Source of the DNA: Lachnospiraceae bacterium
GTDB lineage: Bacteria > Bacillota > Clostridia > Lachnospirales > Lachnospiraceae
DNA length: 64,000 nucleotides
Reading direction: 5' to 3'
Assembly: GCA_036723975.1 (NCBI GenBank)
Contig: DAIMGJ010000006.1
Coordinates: forward strand, 35,944 to 99,943
A program made the position numbers and the translations under genes. Positions 29,446 through 38,908 of the stretch are shown in pieces. The notes beneath the pieces are model-generated. The model worked only from the letters and a program-made list of their open reading frames with translations, was not told where the DNA came from and made no database searches. Position 1 is the first letter of the stretch; each line of letters begins with the position of its first letter.

Positions 29446-30456
29446 ATGGCAGATATATCTGAATTAAATGGCGTACAAAAAGCTGCGATACTTTTGATCA
29501 CTCTTGGTCCGGAAAAGTCTGCAGATATTTTTAAACACCTTAAAGAAGAAGAAATCGAAGAATTAACGCTTGAAATTGCAAATACCCGAAGCGTATCACC
29601 GCAGATTAAGGATGAGGTTATCAATGAGTTTTATCAGGTCTGCCTGGCGCAGCAGTATATTGCCGAAGGTGGTATCGGTTACGCAAAAGAGCTTTTGGAA
29701 AAGGCTTTGGGCGAAGAAGAAGCTCAGAGCGTTATTACAAAACTTACCGCATCCTTACAGGTTCGCCCTTTCGAGTTTATTCGAAAGACAGAGCCTGCAC
29801 AGGTGCTAAACTTCATTCAGGAAGAACACCCACAGACCATTGCAATGATTCTTTCTTATTTGTCTGCTGCACAAGCATCTATGATTTTGGGCGCGCTTGG
29901 ACCTGAAAAGCAGGCTGATGTTGCAAAGCGTATTGCTATGATGGATCGAACTTCTCCGGAAGTTATTAAAGAGGTGGAACGCGTACTTGAGCGTAAACTT
30001 TCCAACCTTATCAATCAGGATTACACCATTGCCGGTGGCGTGGATTCCGTTGTTGCGATTTTGAATGCAGTAGATCGTGGTACAGAAAAACGTATCATGG
30101 AGACTTTGGAAATCGAAGAACCGGAATTGGCAGAAGAAATCAGAAAGAAGATGTTCGTATTCGAGGATATCTTGCTTTTGGACGACAGAGCTATTCAGCG
30201 TGTGCTTAGAGACGTTGAAAACTCTGACCTCGGCGTGGCACTTAAGGGTGCTAATGAAGAAGTTCAGAATGCCATCTTCAAGAACCTGTCTTCTCGTTTG
30301 GCTGCAATGATTAAAGAAGATATGGAATATATGGGCCCTGTTCGTATGAAAGACGTAGAAGAAGCCCAGCAAAAGATTGTTGGAGTTATCCGTAAGCTTG
30401 AGGACTCTTCTGAGATTGTTATTTCCAGAGGTGGAGGTGACGATTTAGTTGTCTAA
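29446..30456 (+). CDS. fliG: flagellar motor switch protein FliG
   Basis: 336 aa, LNGVQKAAILLITLG, EHPQTIA, MFVFEDI and the charged torque helix. Confidence 0.97.
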   Translation: MADISELNGVQKAAILLITLGPEKSADIFKHLKEEEIEELTLEIANTRSVSPQIKDEVINEFYQVCLAQQYIAEGGIGYAKELLEKALGEEEAQSVITKLTASLQVRPFEFIRKTEPAQVLNFIQEEHPQTIAMILSYLSAAQASMILGALGPEKQADVAKRIAMMDRTSPEVIKEVERVLERKLSNLINQDYTIAGGVDSVVAILNAVDRGTEKRIMETLEIEEPELAEEIRKKMFVFEDILLLDDRAIQRVLRDVENSDLGVALKGANEEVQNAIFKNLSSRLAAMIKEDMEYMGPVRMKDVEEAQQKIVGVIRKLEDSSEIVISRGGGDDLVV

Positions 30457-31384
30457 AATTTTAAAATGGCAGTTTATAACAGAAGAAGAGGATAAAGCCC
30501 TCATTGATTCCAACAGTAAAGTCAGAGCGAAGATTGAAGCCTATGAAAAAAGACTGATGAAAGAAAAAGAGCTTCGCTATTCCAAGTTAAAAGACGATTT
30601 TTATTCTGCCATTACGCAGGATGAAGAAGGAAATGTTGTTCTCCCTTCCGATGAAGAAGGAAATATTTTGTTTCCATTGGATGATGACGGCAATCCATTG
30701 ATTGTAATAGATGAAGAAGGAAACGTTGTGGATGCTGCCCCTGCTGCAGAGGAAGAAGACGAGACGCCATCTTTAACTTCGGAACTATTGTTGGAAGAAG
30801 CACAGGAACAGGCTGAAAAGATTAAGCATGAAGCCAGATTTGCTGCCGATATGATTTTGGAAGAGGCAAGAGATCAGGCAGAAGCTCTAAAGCGTCACTA
30901 CAAAGAAGAAGGCAAAAAGACCGGATATCAGGAAGGCCTGGGACAGGCCATGCAGGAGTTCGATGGAAAAAAAGCCGAACTAGAAGCTGAGAATCAACGA
31001 ATTCGTGAAGAATACGAAAAGAAACGGGATGCTTTGGAATCCGAAATCGTTACCAGTGTTTGCGATGTTTTGGAAAAGTTCTTCTGTGTACAGTTTGGAG
31101 ATTCAAAAGAATTACTTTTGCATTTGGTTGACAATTGCCTTTTAAACATTGAAAATTCCAAAGAGTTTTTGATTAAAGTAAATGATGATGGTTATTCCTT
31201 CTTGCAGGAAAACAAAGCATTGCTTCAAGAAAAAGTAGGAAGTGATGTGGTATTGGATATTGTCCGTGATCCGGTGCTTCCCGAAGGAGGGTGCATTATA
31301 GAAACGGACGGAGGCGTATTTGATTGTGGTTTGGATACGCAGATGAGGAATTTAATTAAGGATTTAAGGTCTTTAAGCGTCTAA
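30449..31384 (+). CDS. fliH: flagellar assembly protein FliH
   Basis: TTG start overlapping the fliG stop. Central coiled coil (EEAQEQAEKIKHEARFAADMILEEARDQAE) and FliH C-domain. Position fliG-fliH-fliI. Confidence 0.85.
   Translation: MSKILKWQFITEEEDKALIDSNSKVRAKIEAYEKRLMKEKELRYSKLKDDFYSAITQDEEGNVVLPSDEEGNILFPLDDDGNPLIVIDEEGNVVDAAPAAEEEDETPSLTSELLLEEAQEQAEKIKHEARFAADMILEEARDQAEALKRHYKEEGKKTGYQEGLGQAMQEFDGKKAELEAENQRIREEYEKKRDALESEIVTSVCDVLEKFFCVQFGDSKELLLHLVDNCLLNIENSKEFLIKVNDDGYSFLQENKALLQEKVGSDVVLDIVRDPVLPEGGCIIETDGGVFDCGLDTQMRNLIKDLRSLSV
30620..30733 (+). repeat. in-frame 30-bp tandem repeat (about 3.8 copies) inside fliH
   Basis: GATGAAGAAGGAAATGTTGTTCTCCCTTCC / GATGAAGAAGGAAATATTTTGTTTCCATTG / GATGATGACGGCAATCCATTGATTGTAATA / GATGAAGAAGGAAACGTTGTGGAT. 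Encodes D-E/D-E/D-G-N-hydrophobic decapeptides. Confidence 0.85.
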
Positions 31385-31430
31385 ACTTTAGGATATTAAA
31401 TCCTTTTTCTTAATTATTAGGGGAATGTAT

Positions 31431-32870
31431 ATGGCCGACCTGCAAACACAACTGAATAATATTCTCTCAAAGACCTATTTTGACCGGCTTGGGAAGGTGA
31501 CAAAAGTCGTTGGTTTGACCATTGAATCTTTGGGACCGGAAGCAAAGTTAAATGATGTCTGTCTTATTAAACTGGATGACGGTAACAAAATTTCCGCAGA
31601 AGTCGTTGGCTTTGCTGACAACCATCTTTTGTTGATGCCTTATGAAAGCGTGGAAGGCATTTCGGTTGGAGCTATTGTGGAAAATACCAATCATCCCTTG
31701 GAAATCCCTGTTGGAAACGAACTTTTAGGACATACCCTGGATGGCTTAGGTCGCCCGACGGATATGGATGAGCTTTTGCATTTACATCAAACCTATCCTG
31801 TGGATGCACCGCCTCCGGATCCTATGGAACGCGTGATTATAAACGAGGTATTACCTTTAGGAGTAAAGGCTGTGGACGGCCTGATTACCGTTGGTAAAGG
31901 CCAGAGAATCGGAATATTTGCCGGCTCCGGTGTTGGAAAAAGTACGTTGATGGGTATGTTTGCCCGCAATACAAAAGCGCAGATTAATGTGATTGCGCTT
32001 ATTGGAGAACGCGGCCGTGAGGTTCGTGAGTTTGTGGAAAACGATTTGGGGCCGGAAGGTATGGCTCGTTCTGTTGTGGTAGTGGCCACCTCTGATAAAC
32101 CTGCCCTCATTCGTAAGAAAGCCGCCATGACAGCAACCGCTATTGCGGAATATTTCAGAGATCAGGGTATGGATGTCCTTTTAATGATGGACTCTTTGAC
32201 CCGTTTTTCCATGGCACAGCGTGAAATTGGTTTGGCCTCCGGGGAGCCTCCTGTAACCAGAGGATATCCTCCATCTGTATATGCGGAGATGCCGAAGCTT
32301 TTGGAACGTGCCGGAAATTCTGCTGTGGGATCTATAACCGGTCTTTATACGGTACTCGTTGACGGTGATGATTTTAATGAACCTATCACGGATACAGCCA
32401 GATCCATTCTTGACGGACATATTGTACTAAACCGCCGTTTGGCACAGCAAAATCATTATCCAGCCATTGATGTATTGGCAAGTATCTCGAGAGTGATGTC
32501 GGCTATCGCTACAAAAGAACATAAAAAGGTAGCCGGTACACTAAAAAATGTTATGGCAACCTATTCGGAAGCTGAGGATTTGATTAACATCGGGGCATAT
32601 AAGCCCGGTTCCAATAAAAGCATTGATTTTGCAATTTCAAAAATTGACAGTGTAAATCAGTTTTTACTTCAGGAAACCGACGAAAAGTTTGATTTTGAGG
32701 AAGAACTTTCCATGCTGTTTGAAATGTTCCCGCTTCCGGAGAAGCCGAAGCCTGCAGCGGAACAGATTCCTCCGGAAGAACCTGAGTTTGAACCGGAGCC
32801 CCTGGTGGAACCTTCGGCCGATGAGGACGAGCCGGATGTTTCAGGTCTATTAGCAGATCAGGATTCATGA
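31431..32870 (+). CDS. fliI: flagellum-specific ATPase FliI
   Basis: Walker A GSGVGKST, Walker B LLMMDSLTR, F1/T3SS ATPase fold. Carries a C-terminal Pro/Glu-rich extension of about 45 aa. Confidence 0.97.
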   Translation: MADLQTQLNNILSKTYFDRLGKVTKVVGLTIESLGPEAKLNDVCLIKLDDGNKISAEVVGFADNHLLLMPYESVEGISVGAIVENTNHPLEIPVGNELLGHTLDGLGRPTDMDELLHLHQTYPVDAPPPDPMERVIINEVLPLGVKAVDGLITVGKGQRIGIFAGSGVGKSTLMGMFARNTKAQINVIALIGERGREVREFVENDLGPEGMARSVVVVATSDKPALIRKKAAMTATAIAEYFRDQGMDVLLMMDSLTRFSMAQREIGLASGEPPVTRGYPPSVYAEMPKLLERAGNSAVGSITGLYTVLVDGDDFNEPITDTARSILDGHIVLNRRLAQQNHYPAIDVLASISRVMSAIATKEHKKVAGTLKNVMATYSEAEDLINIGAYKPGSNKSIDFAISKIDSVNQFLLQETDEKFDFEEELSMLFEMFPLPEKPKPAAEQIPPEEPEFEPEPLVEPSADEDEPDVSGLLADQDS

Positions 32871-32877
32871 GGTTATT

Positions 32878-33321
32878 ATGGCAAAGTTCGTATATCGAAT
32901 GCAAAACATTCTCAACTTAAAAGAGAAACTTGAAACCCAGGAGAAAATCGCGTTCTCCATCGCAAATCAGCGGCTTTTGGAAGAACAGGAAAAACTTTCG
33001 CAGCTTATGATTCGGCGTGCCGAATACGAGAATCAGTTAAAAGAAATGACCCAGGGAACTTTATCCATTCGGGATATCAAGATATGCAAAGATTCTATTA
33101 ATGCCATGAAGTCTAAGATTCGTGACCAGTTAATAGAGGTAAGTCGTGCACAGCGTGAAGTGGAGCGCGCAAGAGCACGGTTGGATGAAGTAATGAAAGA
33201 CCGTAAGACCCACGAAAAACTTCGGGAAAAAGCGTTTGAGAATTTCAAAGAAGAACTAAAAGCAGAAGAAAGTAAAGAAACAGATCAACTGGTCAGCTTT
33301 ACCTATCATAACAAATTATAA
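32878..33321 (+). CDS. fliJ: flagellar export chaperone-escort protein FliJ
   Basis: 147-aa all-coiled-coil protein directly after fliI. FVYRMQNILNLKEKLE start typical of FliJ. Confidence 0.85.
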   Translation: MAKFVYRMQNILNLKEKLETQEKIAFSIANQRLLEEQEKLSQLMIRRAEYENQLKEMTQGTLSIRDIKICKDSINAMKSKIRDQLIEVSRAQREVERARARLDEVMKDRKTHEKLREKAFENFKEELKAEESKETDQLVSFTYHNKL

Positions 33322-33332
33322 TTGGAGCAATT

Positions 33333-34145
33333 ATGGCAGACGAAGAATTATCTAAGAAGGAACAAAAGAAAAAAGAAAAAGAAGAAAAGAAAGCCGCAAA
33401 GAAGGCTGCAAAAGACGGCAAAGGCGAAGAAAACCTTGACGAAGAAGGTGGTTCCACTGCGCTTGTTATAATTGTCGGTATTTTAATTGCCATTGTCTGG
33501 CTTGCTATATTTGCACTTTTAATCAAAATGGACGTAGGCGGAGTTGGTTCCACTGTTTTGTATCCGATTTTAAAGGATGTTCCTTATGTGAATATGATTT
33601 TGCCTGAAGTAGAGGAGTATGCAGAGGAAGATGCTGCATATCAGTTTGAAAGCATGGATGCGGCTGTGGCTCGTATCAAGGAGCTTGAAGCACAGCTTGC
33701 GGATGCACAGGCTGCCGGAAGTGCGGACGCAACACACTTGGCAGAATTGGAAGCACAGGCTCAGGAATTGGCTGTTTATAAAGCAAACGAAAAAAATTTT
33801 GAAGAAATTAAAGAAAAATTCTATGAAGAGGTTGTTTTTGGAAACAATTCGCCCGATATAGAAGAATATAAGAAGTACTATGAGAGTATTGAGCCTGAAA
33901 ATGCGGAAGTGATTTACAAGCAAGTTGTAAAACAAACTGAAGAAAAACAGGAAATTACCGACTATGCCAATACTTACTCCAGTATGAAACCGGCTCAGGC
34001 GGCAGCTATTTTCAATACCATGACGGATGATTTGAAATTGGTTGGTAAAATCCTATGGGCAATGGATACAGAATCCAGAGGGAAAATTCTTGGAGCTATG
34101 GACTCAGACATTGCGGCCAGTGTCACGAAGCTCATGGAACCATAG
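33333..34145 (+). CDS. YlxF/MotE-like flagellar protein (MgtE-N-like C-domain)
   Basis: Lys-rich N-tail, one TM helix, coiled coil, C-terminal SSMKPAQAAAIFNTM...ILGAMD segment. Same position as B. subtilis ylxF. Confidence 0.65.
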   Translation: MADEELSKKEQKKKEKEEKKAAKKAAKDGKGEENLDEEGGSTALVIIVGILIAIVWLAIFALLIKMDVGGVGSTVLYPILKDVPYVNMILPEVEEYAEEDAAYQFESMDAAVARIKELEAQLADAQAAGSADATHLAELEAQAQELAVYKANEKNFEEIKEKFYEEVVFGNNSPDIEEYKKYYESIEPENAEVIYKQVVKQTEEKQEITDYANTYSSMKPAQAAAIFNTMTDDLKLVGKILWAMDTESRGKILGAMDSDIAASVTKLMEP

Positions 34146-34215
34146 AATATATATTATCAAGGATGATCATTATTTTTGCTACGGATGGCGAAGAAAGGAG
34201 ACTTGACAATTTCAT

Positions 34216-35790
34216 ATGACAAGTGCGAATGTGTCTCAGATTCCAGTTGGATTTATGGAGAACACAAACGCCAAATCCGCAGCGAAGTCAGATGGCAAAA
34301 CCGAAGATTTTATGCAGTTGGTTGTAAATTCTTTGCAATCAAGTGATACAAAACAGGATGTGACATCCGAAGCAGTATCACTACCTACTACTGATAGTAA
34401 AGTGACTACTTCCAATCAGTCATTTCAAAATTCGGATTTTTCAGCCAGAACAATTCCAAGTGAAAAAGAGACTTCACAGCAAATGTCACCGGAAACGGTA
34501 GACGAAGCCATTGAAAAGGTAGACAAGTTTATTTCCGATGTGAAAGCGATTCTTTCCGAAAATATGGATGTTTCGGAGGAGGAAATCAAAGAGGCCATGG
34601 AAATCTTAGGATTTAACATGATGGATTTGACACTTCCGGAAAATGTGACAAAACTTCTCGGAGTTTTGGAAGGAGATGAAAGCGTATCATTAATTCTTAA
34701 CGATACGGTGTCCAATGTTCTTAACGATTTGGAACCTGTAATTGCAGAATTATTTGAAGGCATGGATGTCTCCGACACTACTGAACTTAAAGACCTATTA
34801 ATGGAAAACGATTTGGTTGTTACGTATGACGGACTTAAGAAAGCTTCAGAAGATCTTGGACCTAACGGAGAGGTCATCGAAGTGAAATTATCCCCGGATG
34901 AGATGATTTCATCACAAGTCCTTAATACAGATCCATTGATTCAAGAAGAATCAAACCAAATGCCTTTCAAAGAATTTACAGAGAGTGAGACCCCTGTAGA
35001 AGTAAAGGCTCCCTTAGTTTCGGATGAAACAAAAGTAAAAGCAGAACTTGAAAACTTTGATTTTGAGGAAGTTGTGGAAATGGAAACAGATGAAAAGATT
35101 GTTTCTGTTGAAACAGAAAAGCCGGATGCAAATACCGGTAACCCGATGCAAAATCAGGAACAACCTCAAAAGCCAAAAACAAGTACCGGTTTTGAACCGA
35201 CTGCAGTTACAAATACTTCCGTAAACTATTCAACCAATGTTACAGCAGAAACAAACGTATCCTTTACAAAAGTTGTGGAAGAAACAACCGTTTCCTACAC
35301 GAATATCGATGTAGAAGATATCATGGATCAGATTGTAACTCAGACCAGAACTCAGATTTCCGAAAATCTTACATCTATGGAGCTGGAACTTCATCCGGCA
35401 TCCTTAGGAAAGATGTACTTACAGGTTACGGAAGAGGGTGGAACCATTACCGCTAAACTTTACACAGAAAATCATGATGTGAAAGCAGCAATGGAGACCC
35501 AGATGGCAATCTTAAAAGACACCTGGAATCAACAGGGAATGAAAGTAAATGCCATTGAGATTTCTGTTGGAACCAGAGAATTTGAAGAGCAGCTGGATGC
35601 CCAGGCAAATACTTCTTTTGAAAACGGTTCTTCCAAGTTCAAAGGTTCCGAAGAAGAACAGTCAAACGCAAGAATGAGAAATTTGAATTTGAGTGGTTTG
35701 GAAGAATTACCCGAAGATTTGACAGATGAAGAAATTCTTGCCGCAAGTATGATGCGGGATTCGGGTAATCAAATTAACTTTACTGCATAG
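34216..35790 (+). CDS. fliK: flagellar hook-length control protein FliK
   Basis: Long S/T/E-rich disordered ruler region, then Flg_hook domain LELHPASLGKMYLQVTEEGGTITAKLYTENHDVKAAME. Confidence 0.85.
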   Translation: MTSANVSQIPVGFMENTNAKSAAKSDGKTEDFMQLVVNSLQSSDTKQDVTSEAVSLPTTDSKVTTSNQSFQNSDFSARTIPSEKETSQQMSPETVDEAIEKVDKFISDVKAILSENMDVSEEEIKEAMEILGFNMMDLTLPENVTKLLGVLEGDESVSLILNDTVSNVLNDLEPVIAELFEGMDVSDTTELKDLLMENDLVVTYDGLKKASEDLGPNGEVIEVKLSPDEMISSQVLNTDPLIQEESNQMPFKEFTESETPVEVKAPLVSDETKVKAELENFDFEEVVEMETDEKIVSVETEKPDANTGNPMQNQEQPQKPKTSTGFEPTAVTNTSVNYSTNVTAETNVSFTKVVEETTVSYTNIDVEDIMDQIVTQTRTQISENLTSMELELHPASLGKMYLQVTEEGGTITAKLYTENHDVKAAMETQMAILKDTWNQQGMKVNAIEISVGTREFEEQLDAQANTSFENGSSKFKGSEEEQSNARMRNLNLSGLEELPEDLTDEEILAASMMRDSGNQINFTA

Positions 35791-35804
35791 AAAGGATATA
35801 TGTT

Positions 35805-36494
35805 ATGTCTTTGATAGGTGAAATTCAAAACGGTCAATACGTAAACGATAAAACCGGTTCAACATCTGAAAAAACCAAAAAAGCTACAGATCAGACCAAA
35901 GAAATGTTTTTGCAGCTTTTGGTTACCGAGATGCAGTATCAGGATCCGCTCCAGCCTACAGACAACTCTGAATATGTAAAAGAGTTGGCTACTTTTTCAC
36001 AGGTGGAAGCATTGAATTCCGTATCAGATAAGATGAACGAATTACAGGCATCTGCATTGGTCGGAAACTATGTTACACTTACTGATGGCGATGGAGATGA
36101 AATAAAGGGTTGCGTGGATTACGTAGCAACGGATTCCGGATCCATTAAAGTTTCCGTAGAAGGTAATCTCTATGACGTAGATTCCATTACATCCGTTCAG
36201 GACGCAACCTTCTATAACGCAGGTGTCCTTGGTGAAACATTTAAGGCAATGGTTGCAAAACTTCCGACAGTATCAAATTTAAATGTTCAAAGAGATACTT
36301 CAGCAATCAATGAAGCCAGAAGCTTCTACGATTCACTCAGTGAATATGTTAAGAAGGGCGGATTCATTGATGAAGCCGATCTAGCCAAGTTAACTGCATT
36401 AGAAAAGAAACTGAAGGGTGATGACAGCACGGATAATACGTCTACCACTACGGATACTTCTACAACATCTACAGGTACAACAACCGGTGCTTAA
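35805..36494 (+). CDS. flgD: flagellar hook capping/assembly protein FlgD
   Basis: FLQLLVTEMQYQDPLQP motif. Thr-rich C-terminal tail. Confidence 0.92.
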   Translation: MSLIGEIQNGQYVNDKTGSTSEKTKKATDQTKEMFLQLLVTEMQYQDPLQPTDNSEYVKELATFSQVEALNSVSDKMNELQASALVGNYVTLTDGDGDEIKGCVDYVATDSGSIKVSVEGNLYDVDSITSVQDATFYNAGVLGETFKAMVAKLPTVSNLNVQRDTSAINEARSFYDSLSEYVKKGGFIDEADLAKLTALEKKLKGDDSTDNTSTTTDTSTTSTGTTTGA

Positions 36495-36509
36495 GATTCG
36501 GAGGAGATT

Positions 36510-36908
36510 ATGAATCAAATTCAAAGTGGATTTACATCCATTCAGCAGGTAACGGATACTTACCTGAGAAATTCAAATAAATCTTCCAACGTTAATATTT
36601 CCGATTCTTTTGCTTCTTATTTGCAAAGTCAAATTGATGAAGCAACAAAAGCTGGAGAGGTTAAATTTTCCAAGCATGCCTCAAAACGATTGGACGATCG
36701 GGATATCGTAATGACGGAAGACCAAAAAATCAGATTAAATGAGGGTGTTCAAAAAGCTGAAGCCAAAGGGATTCAAGATTCCTTGGTAATGGTTGATTCC
36801 CTTGCTTTTATTGTAAATGTTCCAAGTAATACCGTAATAACTGCATTGGAAAGTGATGCTTCGGAAGAAGGAATTTTTACAAATATCGATGGAGCTGTAA
36901 TAGCTTAG
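36510..36908 (+). CDS. flagellar operon protein (TIGR02530-like, between flgD and flgE)
   Basis: 132 aa with a KFSKHASKRLDDRDI segment. Conserved flgD-X-flgE position in Firmicutes and spirochaetes. Confidence 0.65.
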   Translation: MNQIQSGFTSIQQVTDTYLRNSNKSSNVNISDSFASYLQSQIDEATKAGEVKFSKHASKRLDDRDIVMTEDQKIRLNEGVQKAEAKGIQDSLVMVDSLAFIVNVPSNTVITALESDASEEGIFTNIDGAVIA

Positions 36909-36921
36909 GAGGACAAAAACT

Positions 36922-38616
36922 ATGATGAGATCACTTTACTCTGGTGTATCCGGTTTAAAAACACACCAGACAAAAATGGACGTTATCGGTAACAATATCG
37001 CTAACGTTAATACAGTAGCATTTAAATCTTCATCCGTAACATTTGCGGATGTTATGTATCAGACCACATCCGGTGCATCCGGTGCAACTGAAACCACCGG
37101 TGGTGTTAACCCGAAACAGATTGGTCTTGGTGTTACATCCGGTGCTACGAAAGTAACCGTTACTTCAACCGGTTCCTCACAGTCTACAGGTGATGCGTTG
37201 GATATTAAATTATCCGATGCCAATTCTACAAACTTTTTTATCGTAAATAACGGTTCATCCAACTTATTTACAAGATCCGGTTCCTTCTACCTGGATGGTA
37301 ACGGAAACTTGGCCATGACATCTACCGGTTATTTGGTACAGGGATGGCAGGTTAATCCGGATACACAAGCAATTGTAAAAGATACGGTTTCCCCGCTTCG
37401 CATTATGCAGCCTGCAAATCTTACATCTGCACCGGAAGCTACCACAGATGCAACCGCATCCGGAATTATTGATAAAAACAATACAGATGTAAAGAGTGAA
37501 AAAGGATATGCAATGTCCTTAAGCCTTTATGACAATTTAGGTTATGCCTATACCGCAAAATTTTCGGTAAAAGCCTTTGATACTACAGATGCGGATGGTG
37601 ATGGAAAGAATAAATATACTGTTAAGCTCACAGCTATCTACGATGCAGATAACAATGATATTTTAAAAGACTACATTAATAAAAATACAACCGCAGCCAT
37701 TGACGAAAATCAGTTGCTTGCAGCAGTGTTTGGCGCAGAAGGCGGAAGAGAAGCAACTGAATTTGGTGTTTCTGCCAATTATAAGTATTCCGGAGGAATT
37801 TATTCCACAACTGACAGTCAGTTTTCTTACAATGCGGCCCAGTTTAATACTGCAGATATTGTTACCGAGGGTGGTGTCTTGGGAATTAACTTTACAAACG
37901 ACAGTGGTACTACAAGTTTCCAGTCGCTTTCAAACATTTTCGGACTTACCGCTAATCAGTATGCCGATGTGGAAACCGCATACAATGCCGGAAATTTAAA
38001 AATCGTTGGTTCCAATCTTCATATTGAAAAAACAGCGGTAAACTATGATTTGGAATTTAACGCAGCAAACGGTGTGTTTGATAATATCGCAGGTGATAAG
38101 ACTGCAAAGTTAAATCTTACTGCTTTAGGAGACCAGTTTGAAGACGTAACTATCGATTTTACCAGCGTATTAAATTACGATAACGGTACAGTATCCACTA
38201 TGGGTATTGATCGAGGAAATGTTGCAAACTCCACCGTTGGAGCAGGTAAAAAACTTGGCGCATTAACCGGTGTATCCATTCAGAAGGATGGAAAGATTTA
38301 CGGCTCTTATGACAATGGTAATACCATTCTTTTGGGACAGATAGCAGTGGCACAGTTTGCAAATGCATCCGGTTTGGAAGCACTTGGAAATAACTGCTAC
38401 GGAACAACACTTAACTCCGGTGACTTTGACGGAATTGGACGTGACGTAACAGCAGACGGTGGTTCCATGTCTACCGGACAGCTTGAAATGTCAAACGTTG
38501 ACTTGTCTACAGAGTTTACGGAAATGATTACTACACAGCGTGGTTTCCAGGCAAATTCAAGAATTATTACAGTTTCCGATACCATGCTTGAGGAACTTAC
38601 AAACTTAAAGAGATAA
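36922..38616 (+). CDS. flgE: flagellar hook protein FlgE (long form with large central insertion)
   Basis: MMRSLYSGVSGLKTHQTKMDVIGNNIANVNT N-terminus and C-terminal LEMSNVDLSTEFTEMITTQRGFQANSRIITVSDTMLEEL. Confidence 0.96.
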   Translation: MMRSLYSGVSGLKTHQTKMDVIGNNIANVNTVAFKSSSVTFADVMYQTTSGASGATETTGGVNPKQIGLGVTSGATKVTVTSTGSSQSTGDALDIKLSDANSTNFFIVNNGSSNLFTRSGSFYLDGNGNLAMTSTGYLVQGWQVNPDTQAIVKDTVSPLRIMQPANLTSAPEATTDATASGIIDKNNTDVKSEKGYAMSLSLYDNLGYAYTAKFSVKAFDTTDADGDGKNKYTVKLTAIYDADNNDILKDYINKNTTAAIDENQLLAAVFGAEGGREATEFGVSANYKYSGGIYSTTDSQFSYNAAQFNTADIVTEGGVLGINFTNDSGTTSFQSLSNIFGLTANQYADVETAYNAGNLKIVGSNLHIEKTAVNYDLEFNAANGVFDNIAGDKTAKLNLTALGDQFEDVTIDFTSVLNYDNGTVSTMGIDRGNVANSTVGAGKKLGALTGVSIQKDGKIYGSYDNGNTILLGQIAVAQFANASGLEALGNNCYGTTLNSGDFDGIGRDVTADGGSMSTGQLEMSNVDLSTEFTEMITTQRGFQANSRIITVSDTMLEELTNLKR

Positions 38617-38639
38617 TCTTTAATCTTATAAATGGCTTT

Positions 38640-38678
38640 AAACTGTGGTTTTCCTACACCGGGAAGACCACAGTTTTT
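38640..38678 (+). terminator. strong intrinsic terminator immediately after flgE
   Basis: AAACTGTGGTTTTCC-TACACC(G)-GGAAGACCACAGTTT, a 15-bp stem followed by TTTTTGA. Confidence 0.8.
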
Positions 38679-38776
38679 GAATTTGTAGACAAATTAGACT
38701 CAATTCAATATTTTGTGTTTTTTTGATTGGATTTATGAAAAAAGCAACAAGATAAAGTTTTTTTTAGAAAATAAAG

Positions 38777-38805
38777 TAGACATCTGTATCAAAATTTAGT
38801 AATAT
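38777..38805 (+). promoter_or_regulatory. candidate sigma-A promoter upstream of motA
   Basis: TAGACA-N17-TAATAT in an AT-rich 230-nt spacer. Confidence 0.35.
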
Positions 38806-38908
38806 TATATCAAGTGTAGATTTTTGAAGCTGTTTTTATGTGTAAAATTGCTTTATTTTCTAGGAAAAACAGTACTAACACATCTGATTATTTGTGGGGT
38901 GAGAAATA

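Noticed and set aside
29806-30372. 188-aa minus-strand ORF
   Set aside because: It is antisense to fliG, which has strong motif support. It has no independent coding evidence.
30845-30852. Second exact GCCGATAT (sigma-D -10-like) octamer
   Set aside because: It lies inside the fliH coding sequence and has no TAAA-like -35 at the 15-16-nt spacing (GCAT/AGCA instead). It is most likely a chance occurrence.
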